This document shows positions 62,524-64,000 of a stretch of 64,000 nucleotides of DNA, in pieces; the first letter of the stretch is position 1; every line of letters starts with the position of its first letter. Origin of the DNA: Takakia lepidozioides (Eukaryota; Plantae; Bryophyta); NCBI GenBank assembly GCA_030704615.1, contig CM060731.1, positions 89,094,001-89,158,000 on the forward strand, in the 5' to 3' direction. The notes under the pieces are model-generated. The model was not told the origin of the DNA. It worked only from the letters and a program-made list of their open reading frames with translations, and did not search any database. The translations under genes were made by a program, and so were the position numbers.

Positions 62524-64000
62524 TGTCGCGCACCTCACTTCGGTAAGCTCCCCCCTCAAGTCATAGTTACTCGCTTTGATGCGCGCGCCTGACTCCCAAC
62601 CTGGCCGCCGGGCCAACTTGGAGCTTCGGCTGCTCACCGGGGCATAACGGTCCCCCTTTGTTCTCCCAAAGAACCCTCCACCTATTTGGAACCAGCGGGA
62701 ATTCCCTTTGGTAATTGGCAGTCCGGAACACCTCCCCACTCTTTGGTCGCTTTCCGGCTCGCTCGCTTACTCACTAGTTTTTTGTCACCAACGGGCTTGC
62801 ACCGTTCTCGGGGTTACTACTCCCTATATATACTTTTGTAGCTGTCCGCGGGGGTTTCACAACCAGCCATGCCATTTTATGGCGAACCACCACGAAAACC
62901 CTCGACTCCCGGTGATGAGTCGCGGTGAGTCTTTGGCCCACTCACCACGGCCCCTATGGACCGTGATGAGTCCCAAGACTCCCCACGACTCCCACCACGA
63001 GGTCTCCGCCCCCATGGTGAGTCCTATGCCACCCCCACTAAGTCCCGCTAAGCTACCACCACCCCTTGTGGAGCCACCCCCCACCGCAACCCGGTGTGCG
63101 GGGCTCCACCTAGTGAGCGCCTCCGCCTCCTTGAGTGCCTTGGGCACTCAAGGGTGCTTCAGCCCCCCATACCTATCGCTGCCGCTGCCCCCACCACAGG
63201 GGCAGCCCTTCATGTGTCCTGACCCCCCTACCCTCAAGGCAAAGGGCCGCGACACACACCCCTACCAACAGGGAGTCGATGTCCTCATTGACTTGTCCAT
63301 TTTGTAGAAACGAACATCCAAGTTGTGGCGTCCCACATCAAGGAGTTTGTTTCCGTACCATGGCGTCCCATGGCAAAGAACCAAACCCCCACACTTGACT
63401 CTACTCTCCACTAGCTAGTTCGGCCGACTTCCTCCAAGTCCCGGCCAAGGCTGGAGCCTCTCCAGCTCCTCCCAGTGCACTCTTCTTGGCGTACTTCAAG
63501 GCCAAGGAACGATCCTCCCCGAGGATCGAATCGCCTTACGGCAACAACATTGCTTGCGATCGCTCATGATGCCGCTTTTGGCATCACCTTGAGCAAGGGT
63601 TCACCTGGAACCCTCTTTGACTAGGAAGATAACCTTGAACCAACCGTGCGCCCCAATCACTGCAATTGGGTCCGCCTTGGAATGCTGGCCTGAGGTACGG
63701 GAACACGCCGAAGCCGCACTACGACTTCGTCCCGAGGCTACACGATTATAGTACGTGAACGGAAGCACGTAGCTTCCGCGTTAGCCCGCACTACAAGGCA
63801 ACCCCCTCGGTAGCGCAGTTATAGTACGCGCACGCGCCAGGTGCGCACTAGCACGTGAACTCCAAAAGAAGGCGCAAGTTTCCTTGCCCCTTGGATGGGG
63901 GTCACCCGATTTTGGCACTACGCAAACACACGATTAACCCAATTTACCTCTCCCACTTTTATAAGCTAGCATGCATTCTACACACTAGCCAACCATACCA
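62524..64000 (-). mobile_element. Second copy of the chromovirus (3' LTR 62524-63254 plus 3' internal region; continues past the window)
   Basis: Near-identical to 26391-27860. Confidence 0.95.

Overview
Eukaryotic, land-plant-type heterochromatic window. PLS-class PPR motifs, a tRNA-iMet-primed chromovirus and GT-AG introns support this; a non-seed plant is my guess, not demonstrated. It consists almost entirely of nested transposable elements, with no intact host gene and a 500-N gap at 20651-21150. Left part: CACTA TnpA-like and LINE debris, a PPR-derived tandem array, and three copies of a Ty3/gypsy family whose pol carries a DNMT3-like C5-cytosine methyltransferase between protease and RT, plus a PHD finger after integrase in one copy. 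Middle: a young full-length chromovirus (26391-33363) inserted into the third copy, then a CACTA element starting at 34577 with a HAD/FCP1-like domain in its TnpA-like gene. Right part, the most unusual system: a complete 11.8-kb Mutator-like element (44088-55850, TIRs plus 8-bp TSD). Its transposase lies head-to-head with a spliced gene combining a ParB/Srx-like domain (DGNHR) with a bacterial-type beta-class N4C/N6A DNA methyltransferase-like domain. The element is studded with clusters of one 22-bp palindrome. It is inserted into a diverged relative that has the same ParB-MTase gene, shared intron positions and its own different palindrome array in the equivalent intron. All calls come from reading motifs by eye; no database searches were run.
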